Of a DNA stretch of 64,000 nucleotides, positions 8,450-17,799 are shown in pieces. Every line of letters begins with the position of its first letter. The first letter of the stretch is position 1. The DNA is from Candidatus Microgenomatus auricola. GTDB lineage: Bacteria; Patescibacteriota; Patescibacteriia; SBBC01. The position numbers and the translations under genes are program-made. The notes beneath the pieces were generated by a model. That model made no database searches and was not told where the DNA came from. It worked only from the letters and a program-made list of their open reading frames with translations. The stretch covers positions 36,759 through 100,758 of the forward strand of contig SBBC01000013.1 of assembly GCA_005239865.1 (NCBI GenBank), given 5' to 3'.

Positions 8450-9853
8450 ATGTCACACTTACGCCATCCGGTCATCCTCGTGTCCATCGTCGTTGGCGCT
8501 TTTTGTCTATTGATGAACCCGGCAGCAGCGAAGGAGGTTGGGGTGATGGCTCCAGAGGTCCGGGTCCTCAACCACAACGGCGCGGTCCAAACAACCTTTC
8601 AAGCCAACCATCAGAATTTTCACGGGGGCGTTCACGTGGCTGTCGGCGACATGGACAGCGACGGCGCAACGGAGCTTGTGACTGGACCGGGCGCCGGGAC
8701 GACACCGACGGTTCGCGTTTTTGAATTAGACGGTACGCTCATCAGGAGTTTTCTGGCTTACGGCGAAGGATTCCGCGGCGGCGTCAATGTGGCGGTCTAT
8801 GATCTTGACAGAGATGGAACCGCGGAGATCATTACCGGTCCCGGCCTCGGCGGCGGCCCCGAGGTTCGCGTCTTTCGGGCGGATGGCACACGCCTCGCCG
8901 CCTTTTTTGCTTTTGATCCAACATTCCGCGGCGGCGTCAATGTCGCCGCCGGCCGATTCGGCACCAACCGACAACCATTGATCGCGGCCGCCTCTGGATA
9001 CGGCGGCGCGCACGTCCGATTGTTTACACCAGCCGGGAAATACGCGGGTGTCAATCTTCGTCCCTTCGGTCAGGTTAGGCATGGCGTGGTGGTGGCCGAA
9101 CTTCCCGTCAACACTCACCGCTCAAAATTGGTGGCCATCCCCGAGCGATCGGCCGCGGCAAAAGTCGAGATCTACAATCTCGATTCGCCAACTAAACCGG
9201 AGCGCAGCTTTCACGGCGTACCGAAACGTTACGAAGCCGGTGCTCGACTCGCGATCAGTGACGTTGATCTCGATGGCGAACATGAGATCGTCGTCGGCAC
9301 CGGTCCCGGCAGCGCACCGCGCGTTCGCATCTTCAACACCGGCGGCAGACTGGAAAAAGACGTGGCGGCTTTTCGAAGCAATTTTCGTGGCGGACTGGCG
9401 GTGGCGGCTGGTCCGGGTATGGTCGTGGTTGGACCAGGCGCGGTTGATCTGGATGGTCGTCCAGACCTCTACAAGTACATCCAGATTGACCTTTCGAGGC
9501 AGACCTTAAAGTATTTTCAAAATGGTCGTCTCCTCAACACCCACCAGGTCTCGACCGGCAAGTGGGATACACCGACACCGATCGGCACGTTCGCCATCAA
9601 GAATCACATCGCGAATGCTTACTCGAAACGCTACGACCTGTATATGGAGTGGTGGATGGCGTTCAGTCCGGACGGGTCGTACGGCATTCACGCACTCCCG
9701 TATTGGAAAACGAAGAATGGCGGAAAACGTTACGAGGGGCAAGGACATCTCGGAACACCGGTGTCGCATGGCTGTATTCGTCAAACTTTGGCTGAAGCGA
9801 AGCGCCTGTACGCCTGGGCAGAAAACGGGACACCCGTGATCGTCAAGAAGTAA
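8450..9853 (+). CDS. Exported L,D-transpeptidase (YkuD) with N-terminal FG-GAP-like repeats
   Basis: Signal peptide from ATG 8450; repeats F.GGV.VA.GD.D.DG..E...GPG.G..P.VRVF; C-terminal STG..TP.GTF, GIHA and SHGCIR catalytic motif. Confidence 0.88.
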   Translation: MSHLRHPVILVSIVVGAFCLLMNPAAAKEVGVMAPEVRVLNHNGAVQTTFQANHQNFHGGVHVAVGDMDSDGATELVTGPGAGTTPTVRVFELDGTLIRSFLAYGEGFRGGVNVAVYDLDRDGTAEIITGPGLGGGPEVRVFRADGTRLAAFFAFDPTFRGGVNVAAGRFGTNRQPLIAAASGYGGAHVRLFTPAGKYAGVNLRPFGQVRHGVVVAELPVNTHRSKLVAIPERSAAAKVEIYNLDSPTKPERSFHGVPKRYEAGARLAISDVDLDGEHEIVVGTGPGSAPRVRIFNTGGRLEKDVAAFRSNFRGGLAVAAGPGMVVVGPGAVDLDGRPDLYKYIQIDLSRQTLKYFQNGRLLNTHQVSTGKWDTPTPIGTFAIKNHIANAYSKRYDLYMEWWMAFSPDGSYGIHALPYWKTKNGGKRYEGQGHLGTPVSHGCIRQTLAEAKRLYAWAENGTPVIVKK

Positions 9854-9858
9854 GGCGT

Positions 9859-9888
9859 TTGACCGCCGAAAAAAATCCGTGATACGAT
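9859..9888 (+). promoter_or_regulatory. Putative secDF promoter
   Basis: TTGACC-18 bp-TACGAT with TGn extension, ending 11 nt before the ATG. Confidence 0.55.
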
Positions 9889-9899
9889 GATGACGTCAC

Positions 9900-11546
9900 A
9901 TGCGAAAAAACCCCTGGTTGAGCTTAGCGCTAATTCTCGTTCTGACCGTCGTCGTCGGTACGATCGATTACCCCCGTGGTCCTGATCTTCGAATCGGTCG
10001 CTATTTTAAAGAACTGAAAGTTCACCTGGGATTGGACCTCCAGGGCGGGACGCGTCTGATTTACGACGCTGATACCTCCACCATCCCGGAGCGAGACCGT
10101 GAAGACGCGCTCCAGGGCGTGCGTGACGTGGTTGAACGTCGCGTCAACGCCTTTGGCGTTTCCGAGCCGGTGGTCCAGACTAACCGTGTCGGTAGCCAGT
10201 GGCGGGTGTCAGTTGAGTTGGCCGGCGTGCGCGATATCAACGAAGCCATTCGCTTGATCGGGGAAACGCCATTTCTCGAATTCCGGGAAGAAACGCCACC
10301 AGTTCAACTTCGCACTGACGAGGAAGCCAAGGCCCGCGCTCAAGACGTCTTGCAGAAGATCGGTGCTCCCAACGCGGATTTTGCCGCTTTGGCAAAGGAA
10401 TTTTCCGACGACCCCGGATCGAAAGATCTAGGCGGCGATTTGGGCTTTGCTCGCCGCGGTCAATTCGTCAACGAATTTGAAGTCGCTCTCTTTGACGAAT
10501 TGCAAGACGGTGAGATTGTCAACCAGCCGATCAAAACGCAATTCGGCTACCACCTCATCAAACGGATTGAATCGCGAGCAATCGACGATGGGAGTGGAAA
10601 TCAGACAGCGGAAGTTCATGGCCAGCACATTCTCGTCGCCACCACCCAGCCACCGCCTGAAGGTAACTTTACCCCGACTAAACTGTCTGGAAAAAACCTC
10701 CGCCATGCAACTGTCCAGTTCGATCCAAATACCGGCGAACCGGAAGTCGGACTCCAATTTGATGACGAGGGAACGCAGCTCTTCGCCGACATCACCAAAC
10801 GGAACGTCGGAAAAAGCGTGGCCATTTACCTCGACGGTAGTCCGATCTCGATCCCCGTTGTCCAGCAGGAAATTACGGCTGGCACGGCCGTCATCACCGG
10901 TAACTTCTCACTGGCGGAAGCGAAGGTTTTAGCTCGGCGTCTCAATGCCGGCGCTTTACCCGTACCGATTATGCTCGTCAATCAGCAGACTGTCGGACCG
11001 AGCTTAGGAAAGGAATCGGTAGCGCGGAGTGTCTTCGCTGGCCTGGTTGGGATCTTGGCGGTGGCTGCCTTTATGGTGGCCTACTATCGTCTTCCCGGAC
11101 TCTTGGCGACCTTCGCCTTGGGACTGTATGCGCTCATCGTGTTGGCAGTTTTCAAGCTCTGGCCAATTACCTTGACGCTAGCTGGGGTGGCTGGATTTAT
11201 TCTTTCAATTGGCATGGCGGTTGACGCGAACGTTCTCATCTTCGAACGCTTTCGTGAAGAACTTCGGAGCGGACGCCCACTCCAGAGTGCGCTGGACGAA
11301 GGATTCCGGCGGGCCTGGCTCTCGATTCGCGATTCAAACGTCTCGACGCTCATCACCGCTCTTATTCTGGCCTGGTTCGGAACAAGTATTATCAAGGGTT
11401 TTGCCATCACGCTAGCCATTGGCATCATCGTCAGCATGTTTACTGCCATTTCCGTCTCGCGGACTCTCTTACGGGTGGTCGGAACGCAGTGGCTCGACCG
11501 TCGCCGAGGATTAATCGGCGCAAACATTCCGCCGGCATCATCCTAA
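9900..11546 (+). CDS. secD: Protein translocase subunit SecD with inserted parvulin-type PPIase domain
   Basis: LGLDLQGG, RRVNAFGVSEP, L.AGALP, GMAVDANVLIFER and IRDSN; the periplasmic insert contains FAALAKEFSDDPGS..GGDLG and KTQFGYHLIK. Confidence 0.95.
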   Translation: MRKNPWLSLALILVLTVVVGTIDYPRGPDLRIGRYFKELKVHLGLDLQGGTRLIYDADTSTIPERDREDALQGVRDVVERRVNAFGVSEPVVQTNRVGSQWRVSVELAGVRDINEAIRLIGETPFLEFREETPPVQLRTDEEAKARAQDVLQKIGAPNADFAALAKEFSDDPGSKDLGGDLGFARRGQFVNEFEVALFDELQDGEIVNQPIKTQFGYHLIKRIESRAIDDGSGNQTAEVHGQHILVATTQPPPEGNFTPTKLSGKNLRHATVQFDPNTGEPEVGLQFDDEGTQLFADITKRNVGKSVAIYLDGSPISIPVVQQEITAGTAVITGNFSLAEAKVLARRLNAGALPVPIMLVNQQTVGPSLGKESVARSVFAGLVGILAVAAFMVAYYRLPGLLATFALGLYALIVLAVFKLWPITLTLAGVAGFILSIGMAVDANVLIFERFREELRSGRPLQSALDEGFRRAWLSIRDSNVSTLITALILAWFGTSIIKGFAITLAIGIIVSMFTAISVSRTLLRVVGTQWLDRRRGLIGANIPPASS

Positions 11547-11550
11547 ACCA

Positions 11551-12444
11551 ATGTATCGGATCATTCAAAAACGCAACTATCTGTTTGCCTTGTCGCTGGC
11601 GCTGTTGGTGCCTGGCATGATCGGCTGGTGGCTGTGGGGACTGCGACTGGGTATCGATTTTACTGGCGGGACGGTCATGACCGTCGTCATTCCCTCGGCC
11701 CCGACACCCGAAGAGGTAAAGACTGCCCTGAGCGCGACCGCATTTGGAAATGCCGTCATCGAACGCGCCGATAAAGATGAATATCTCCTCCGGCTTCCCC
11801 AGCTCTCCAACGAACAGCATGCATCATTAAATGCGACATTGACCAGCGCATTCACCGATGCCACAGAATTGGCATTCGAAACGGTTGGCCCGACGATCGG
11901 ACGTGAATTGAAACAGCGCGCGGTCGTAGCCGTGGTGACCGTCCTGGTTGCAATCATTCTTTACATCACCTGGGCTTTTCGAAAGGTTTCGTCCGGGCCA
12001 GTCCCGTCGTGGGTTTACGGATTGTCGGCTTTTGTCGCACTCCTTCACGATGTCTTCATGGTAGTCGGCGTCTTTGCTATTCTTGGCCATGTCTTTAAGC
12101 TCGAGGTCAATTCCTTGTTCGTCACGGCTCTGCTCACAGTTCTCGGTTTCTCCGTTCACGATACGATTGTGGTCTTTGATCGGATTCGTGAGCGTCTGCG
12201 CTTGAGTGCCGCGCGAACATTCGAGGACGTGGTCAACGAAAGCTTGAATCAAACCCTGGTTCGATCTCTGAATACATCCATCACCACCCTCCTCGTCCTG
12301 GTTGCGTTATTCATCTTCGGAGGAAGCTCAATTCGCTTCTTCGTTTTAGCCCTCATTATCGGGATTACGCTGGGTACGTACTCCTCGATTTTTGTCGCCT
12401 CACCGCTCTTGGTCGTTTACGAGCGGTTGCGGTCGCGACCGTAG
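11551..12444 (+). CDS. secF: Protein translocase subunit SecF
   Basis: LGIDFTGG, VGPTIG.EL, LLHD, GFSVHDTIVVFDRIRE, RSLNTS and GTYSSIFVA. Confidence 0.96.
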   Translation: MYRIIQKRNYLFALSLALLVPGMIGWWLWGLRLGIDFTGGTVMTVVIPSAPTPEEVKTALSATAFGNAVIERADKDEYLLRLPQLSNEQHASLNATLTSAFTDATELAFETVGPTIGRELKQRAVVAVVTVLVAIILYITWAFRKVSSGPVPSWVYGLSAFVALLHDVFMVVGVFAILGHVFKLEVNSLFVTALLTVLGFSVHDTIVVFDRIRERLRLSAARTFEDVVNESLNQTLVRSLNTSITTLLVLVALFIFGGSSIRFFVLALIIGITLGTYSSIFVASPLLVVYERLRSRP

Positions 12445-12543
12445 ATCACACCATCTTAAGGTTCAGGCCCGCGCCGAGTCATCCATCATTCGCCTGAAAG
12501 ACTCATGTGCGAATGTTTTTGTCAACTTTGCAGCGGTTTGTTC

Positions 12544-12572
12544 TTGACAGAAAATGGATGATATGCTATATT
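12544..12572 (+). promoter_or_regulatory. sigma70-type promoter
   Basis: TTGACA-17 bp-TATATT with TG extension. Confidence 0.82.
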
Positions 12573-12604
12573 ATACTTAGCTAAACCCATACAGTTCAAA
12601 CCAG

Positions 12605-13753
12605 ATGGAATCAAACGAAACGCAAGAAACGCGAAAAGTTTCCAACTCGATCCTTGATCGGGTGCTTTCGAGTCAGCAAGCCGCCGCGATTGAGCATTTT
12701 GTTCCGAGCGAGACGTTTTCTTCATTAGCACGATCGTTATTGGAAAAAGAGCATGATGTGCTCCGCCGGAGATTCGGCCTCCACGGTCAGGATCCGGAAA
12801 CACTCGAGGAAATCGGAAAATTATACGCCGTCACCCGCGAACGTATTCGTCAGATTGAAAATACGGGTGTTTTGAAAATGCTCCACGCGAAACACTACCG
12901 TGAGACGATCACCCCGGTCGAGCGGCTGCTCATGAACGTTTTTAACACCTACGGCGGCATCATCGAGGAGCAACTGTTTTTTCAAGAAACGTTGAGCCAC
13001 GGCGGTAACTCTCCGTCGGAACAACGGGCCCTGACCTTCCTGCTGACGAAACTCTTGACCCATCGTTTTAGCTACCATCCACCGGATCAGGAACTCCGTG
13101 CTAGCTGGAAACTCAAGGCCCAGTCACTGGAACTCGTACGTCAGGTGATCAGCGACCTCATGACCATCGTCCAAGAACGCCGCCAGCCGCTCTTGCGGGC
13201 GGAGCTCCTAGAAGCGTTCCGTGCCCGTCCGCTCTTCCAACGGCATGCTTCATTGTTGAACGACGAGGTTGTCAGTTCATACCTCAATCTGTCCGTCGCC
13301 ATCAGTCATAATCCCTTCGGCGAGTACGGCCTCACGACCTGGGGCACCATCATTCCGAAACGAATGAACGATAAAATCTACCTGGTTCTCAAGAAGGCCG
13401 GTCGGCCGCTCCACTTCACCGAGATTGCCAGACAGATTAATCAGACCGGATTCGACCATCGCCGGGCCTATCCGCCGACCGTACATAACGAATTAATTCT
13501 CAATCCCCAGTACGTCCTCGTCGGACGGGGGATTTACGCCCTGGCTGAATGGGGCTACAAACCCGGCGTCGTGGCCGAGGTCCTGGTCGACATTCTCAAA
13601 CAGGAAAATCGAGCCATGACGCGCGACGAACTGATCGATCGAGTAGCCAAACAACGACTGGTCAAGCGGAACACCATTCTCCTAGCCCTGACGAACAAGC
13701 AACTTTTTCGACGGCTAGCTTCGGGCGCGTATGAACTGGTCAAACAAACCTAA
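12605..13753 (+). CDS. Sigma70 region-4 HTH protein with C-terminal winged-helix (HARE-HTH/RNAP delta-like) domains
   Basis: VLRRRFGL...TLEEIGK.YAVTRERIRQIE; C-terminal YLVLKK.GRPLHF.EI...VHNELI..PQYVLVGRGIYAL.EWG; no sigma region 2. Confidence 0.75.
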   Translation: MESNETQETRKVSNSILDRVLSSQQAAAIEHFVPSETFSSLARSLLEKEHDVLRRRFGLHGQDPETLEEIGKLYAVTRERIRQIENTGVLKMLHAKHYRETITPVERLLMNVFNTYGGIIEEQLFFQETLSHGGNSPSEQRALTFLLTKLLTHRFSYHPPDQELRASWKLKAQSLELVRQVISDLMTIVQERRQPLLRAELLEAFRARPLFQRHASLLNDEVVSSYLNLSVAISHNPFGEYGLTTWGTIIPKRMNDKIYLVLKKAGRPLHFTEIARQINQTGFDHRRAYPPTVHNELILNPQYVLVGRGIYALAEWGYKPGVVAEVLVDILKQENRAMTRDELIDRVAKQRLVKRNTILLALTNKQLFRRLASGAYELVKQT

Positions 13754-13763
13754 ATCTTGAACC

Positions 13764-15233
13764 ATGGAAATCATTCTCGATTTAAGCGGCGTCAGCGGTG
13801 CGCAGGGGATTCCGAACCCCCTGGCGGTCATGTGGACGCTCTTGACCCACGGTGGCTGGATCGCGCTCATTCCCGTTTTTTTGTGGGGTGGATTCGCCAT
13901 TTGGCTCAACTATATCCAGGGGGTCTACGCCATGCGACAAAAGTACGTACTGCTGGCGATCGATGTACCGAAAGAAAATGAATTAAGTCCTAAAGCCGTT
14001 GAGCAAGTTTTTGCGCACCTCTCGGGAATTTACAAGAGTGGGAATAAAAAAGAGCGGTACCTGCGGGGTTACCTCATGCCATCGCTGTCACTCGAACTGG
14101 TTAGTATTGAGGGATATGTCCAGTTTCTCATTCGTACTCCGGCAAAATTCCGCGACCTAGTCGAAGCGACCATCTACGCACAATATCCGAATGCCGAAAT
14201 TTCTGAAGTCGGGGATTATGCCACGGAATTCAAAGCCGAGTTCCCGAACGAGGAGTACGACATCTGGGGGACGGAGCTCAAACTGACGAATAAACAGCAC
14301 TACCCGATTCGGACCTACCCCATGTTCGAGCACTCACTGTCACAGACCTTCTATGATCCAATGGCTAGCATTCTTGAATTTTTTTCGCGGATGCAGCGGG
14401 GTGAACAAGTGTGGTTACAAATTGTTATCACACCGCCGCGGACCGATGATTGGCGCAAGGACGGAATGCGGCTTGTCAAAAAGCTGATTGGCGCACGCGG
14501 GGCGCCGTCTGGCATGCCCGGCTACGTCAACATCCCGTCACAAGTTCTCCGCGGGATCTATGAAACTGCGGCCGCCTCGGTGATTGCTCCAGGCACGTCG
14601 GAAGAACGCCGGAACGAAGAGAATCAACCACCGAGCTTAATGCTCCATCTCCCGCCAAACGAGCGAGCGGTGGTTGAACAGGTTGGCATGAAAATCTCTA
14701 AAATTGGTTGGTTAACGAAAATGCGGCTTATCTACATCGGTAAACACGGCGTCTTCACAAAAGACCGAATTTCGCCGCTCATGGGCGCACTGCGACAATT
14801 CAACACCCTCGACATGAACGGATTCACGCTCGACTCGAAGACCAAAACGAACATTGATTATTTTGTCAATCCACGGGTCAACTGGCGCAAACGTCGCCTG
14901 ATGCTCGGCTACAAGTATCGCAGCAACTGGCGTGGTCGCAATCTGTTCATCATGAACGTTGAAGAACTCGCCACAATTTTCCACTTCCCCGTGACGACGG
15001 TAGTCAAAGCACCGCGAGTTCAAAAGACCGAAGCCAAGCGCGGTGAGCCGCCGGCCGCGCTGCCAGTCGAATCGGAGTTTCAACGCGTCCGCCCGTTTAC
15101 GCCCGGCCAATCGGCCTTTCCGCCGCCAGCCGAGCGACCAGCGGTTGAACTGCCAACGATTGTCACCCCGCCAGAACTCAAACCGACTCCACCCCGCAAG
15201 GGTGGCCATGCCCCCGGTAATCTTCCGGTCTAG
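13764..15233 (+). CDS. Membrane-anchored hypothetical protein, partner of the downstream ATPase
   Basis: 489 aa; N-terminal TM segment(s); LAIDVPKENE.SPKAVEQ, SLE, IYAQYP.AEI and EELATIFHFP; Pro-rich tail. Confidence 0.75.
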   Translation: MEIILDLSGVSGAQGIPNPLAVMWTLLTHGGWIALIPVFLWGGFAIWLNYIQGVYAMRQKYVLLAIDVPKENELSPKAVEQVFAHLSGIYKSGNKKERYLRGYLMPSLSLELVSIEGYVQFLIRTPAKFRDLVEATIYAQYPNAEISEVGDYATEFKAEFPNEEYDIWGTELKLTNKQHYPIRTYPMFEHSLSQTFYDPMASILEFFSRMQRGEQVWLQIVITPPRTDDWRKDGMRLVKKLIGARGAPSGMPGYVNIPSQVLRGIYETAAASVIAPGTSEERRNEENQPPSLMLHLPPNERAVVEQVGMKISKIGWLTKMRLIYIGKHGVFTKDRISPLMGALRQFNTLDMNGFTLDSKTKTNIDYFVNPRVNWRKRRLMLGYKYRSNWRGRNLFIMNVEELATIFHFPVTTVVKAPRVQKTEAKRGEPPAALPVESEFQRVRPFTPGQSAFPPPAERPAVELPTIVTPPELKPTPPRKGGHAPGNLPV

Positions 15234-15245
15234 CCGCACGGTGCC

Positions 15246-16964
15246 ATGAAGCCCATTCAACCTTCACTCTCAACCGTCCCGACCGTCCTCCCACCGCTGC
15301 AGACGCAGCCGTCACATGAGGATCGGATTACCTACTTCGCGGAAACGAACTTTCACAACGTTCGCCGTAAGTTTGGCATTAAGACTGATGATCGTCGGCG
15401 TCACATGTATCTCATTGGCAAAACCGGCATGGGCAAGTCGACCGCATTGGAAAACATGGTCATGGCGGACATCAATGCCGGCAACGGGCTGGTGGTCATT
15501 GATCCGCTGGGCGACTTGGTGGAAAAAGTGATTGATTTCATCCCGTCGCACCGCGTCAACGACATCATTTACTTCAATCCAGCCGACTTCGATCATCCGG
15601 TCGCCTTCAACGTGCTCGAAGCTATTGATCCGAATCACCATCACCTCGTCGCCTCCGGACTGATCGCGGTCTTTAAGAAAATCTGGGTTGATTCCTGGGG
15701 ACCGCGCTTGGAATACGTTTTGCGCAACTGCATTCTGTCATTGCTCGAATATCCTGGCTCAACCTTGCTTGGCGTCACCCGCCTGCTGGTCGACAAGAGG
15801 TATCGCGCCAAGATCGTAGCGCGGGTGTCTGATCCGATTGTCAAGGCCTTCTGGGTCGACGAATTCGCCGCCTACTCCAACCAGTTTCGGACCGAAGCGA
15901 TTAGCCCGATTCAGAACAAGGTCGGTCAATTCCTGTCCTCATCGGTCATTCGAAATATCGTCGGTCAGCCCAAGTCCTCATTTGATCTCCGCTGGCTGAT
16001 GGACGAAGGCAAGATTCTCCTCATGAATCTCTCCAAGGGGCGCATCGGCGAAGACAACAGCTCGCTGCTCGGCGCGATGATGATTACAAAACTTCAGTTG
16101 GCGGCCATGAGTCGGATTGACATTCCCGAGTCCCAACGGCGAGACTTCTACATGTACGTTGACGAATTCCAAAACTTCGCGACCGAATCTTTCGCTACAA
16201 TCCTGTCTGAAGCGCGCAAATACCACCTCAACCTGATTATTGCCCACCAGTACATCGAGCAGCTCTCGGAAACTGTTCAGGCGTCGGTCTTCGGGAATGT
16301 TGGCACGATTGCCTGTTTCCGCATTGGTGCGGCCGACGCCGAATTCCTGGAGAAAGAGTTTGCTCCGATTTTTACGGAAACTGATCTCGTCAATCTGGCG
16401 AAATACGATATTTACCTCAAGCTCATGATCGACGGTATCGCATCTGATCCTTTTTCAGCCACCGGACTTCCGCCGATCGATCAGACCTACCAAAAAGAAG
16501 ACAACCGCGATAAAATCATTCGTGTTTCTCGTGAACGGTATGCCACACCCCGCACCGTGGTCGAGGAAAAAATAATGCGCTGGAGTGGCGTTGGCGAAAT
16601 CTTCCGAGGCAGCGCCGACGAAGAAAATACGGCTGCCCAACGCGAGCAACGTAGAGCCGCGGCCGTCAACGAACCACCAGCTAAACCAAAGCTTGATCTT
16701 GCTCGCGATGAGATTGTGGAAGAACCCACGGTCGTCGCCACACCACCGCCCATCTCGCTCAACGAAGCACTGAAGAAACCACCAGTCACGTTTGGACAGC
16801 CGAAATCACCAGCCCGGCCAGCCCTCCGTTTACCCGATCAGCGACCCACGCCGCCGACCAGACAATTTCGGGGTGAGCACCTGCGTCGACGACCGCCGCC
16901 TCCCATCCGCCCGGAACGACCGGCCCCAATTCCGCTACAACCAGGCAGAACCGTCCGACCGTGA
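15246..16964 (+). CDS. VirD4/TraD/HerA-superfamily P-loop ATPase (T4SS coupling-protein-like)
   Basis: DRRRHMYLIGKTGMGKS (Walker A), VIDPLGDL, YMYVDEFQNF (Walker B) and SEARKY..HQY; no TM helix; Pro-rich tail. Confidence 0.88.
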   Translation: MKPIQPSLSTVPTVLPPLQTQPSHEDRITYFAETNFHNVRRKFGIKTDDRRRHMYLIGKTGMGKSTALENMVMADINAGNGLVVIDPLGDLVEKVIDFIPSHRVNDIIYFNPADFDHPVAFNVLEAIDPNHHHLVASGLIAVFKKIWVDSWGPRLEYVLRNCILSLLEYPGSTLLGVTRLLVDKRYRAKIVARVSDPIVKAFWVDEFAAYSNQFRTEAISPIQNKVGQFLSSSVIRNIVGQPKSSFDLRWLMDEGKILLMNLSKGRIGEDNSSLLGAMMITKLQLAAMSRIDIPESQRRDFYMYVDEFQNFATESFATILSEARKYHLNLIIAHQYIEQLSETVQASVFGNVGTIACFRIGAADAEFLEKEFAPIFTETDLVNLAKYDIYLKLMIDGIASDPFSATGLPPIDQTYQKEDNRDKIIRVSRERYATPRTVVEEKIMRWSGVGEIFRGSADEENTAAQREQRRAAAVNEPPAKPKLDLARDEIVEEPTVVATPPPISLNEALKKPPVTFGQPKSPARPALRLPDQRPTPPTRQFRGEHLRRRPPPPIRPERPAPIPLQPGRTVRP

Positions 16965-17761
16965 GGTGGCTGTGGGTTCTTTTCGCCGTCTGCCTGCTCA
17001 ACGTTCAGGCGCTGGATGTCGGTGAAGCGAAGACAAGTCCACGCCCATATTTGCCAACCATCACTCATTCCAGGGTGCTTGGTAGCGTCAGCTTCAGATT
17101 GCCAGTATTGCTCTATCACTATGTCCGGGAAATCCCTGACGATGACCCGCTCGGTGCCTCGCTCTCGATCACGCCATTGAATTTCCGCCGGCAACTTAAT
17201 TTCTTGCTCGAGAACGGCTACACGCCAGTCTCAATCAAGACGCTTGTCCGGGCCCTCGACGGCAGCGAAACTTTACCACCACGCCCAATCATCTTGACCT
17301 TTGACGATAGCACGGCTGATTTCGCTCAAACCGTTTTTCCGCTGCTATCCGCCTATGGTATCCCGGCCGTGGTCTTTGTGGTGACTGGATTTGTCGGAAC
17401 ACCCAACTATCTTTCGTGGAGCGAGATCAGAAAAATCTCGCGCTCGCCGTTAATCTCCATCGGTTCGCATGGACTGAATCATGTCAGTTTTACGCAACTT
17501 CCCGATCCAATCGCCGACCGTCAAATCCTCCTCTCCCGAAACATCCTGGCCGCCACCACCAACCAACCGATTGATTCCCTGGCGTATCCAAACGGAGCCT
17601 TCAACCAACGTACCACGACAAGCGTCAACCAAGCTGGGTATGACGTCGCCTTCACCGCCCGTCGCGGCGTGGTGCATGCGTCCGATCGCCGCTTCGAACT
17701 TCCACGCATCCGTCCCGGCGGTTCGGTTGATTCACTCGATCAGGCCCTAACGCCGCCGTGA
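16961..17761 (+). CDS. Exported polysaccharide deacetylase (CE4/NodB family)
   Basis: Signal peptide; PVLLYH, LTFDD, GSHGLNH, AYPNG and LPRI. Confidence 0.88.
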   Translation: MRWLWVLFAVCLLNVQALDVGEAKTSPRPYLPTITHSRVLGSVSFRLPVLLYHYVREIPDDDPLGASLSITPLNFRRQLNFLLENGYTPVSIKTLVRALDGSETLPPRPIILTFDDSTADFAQTVFPLLSAYGIPAVVFVVTGFVGTPNYLSWSEIRKISRSPLISIGSHGLNHVSFTQLPDPIADRQILLSRNILAATTNQPIDSLAYPNGAFNQRTTTSVNQAGYDVAFTARRGVVHASDRRFELPRIRPGGSVDSLDQALTPP

Positions 17762-17799
17762 CTTGAATGGGCAGTGGATATATGCTAAACTCCGGCGGT

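Noticed and set aside
8600-9420. Repeated DNA motifs (TTCCGCGGCGGCGTCAATGT) as a CRISPR or tandem repeat
   Set aside because: They are in-frame coding repeats of the FG-GAP-like domain, degenerate, with no cas genes.
12605-17761. Integrative conjugative element or prophage around the VirD4-like ATPase
   Set aside because: No integrase, relaxase, VirB4, direct repeats or obvious compositional shift; the flanks are housekeeping genes.
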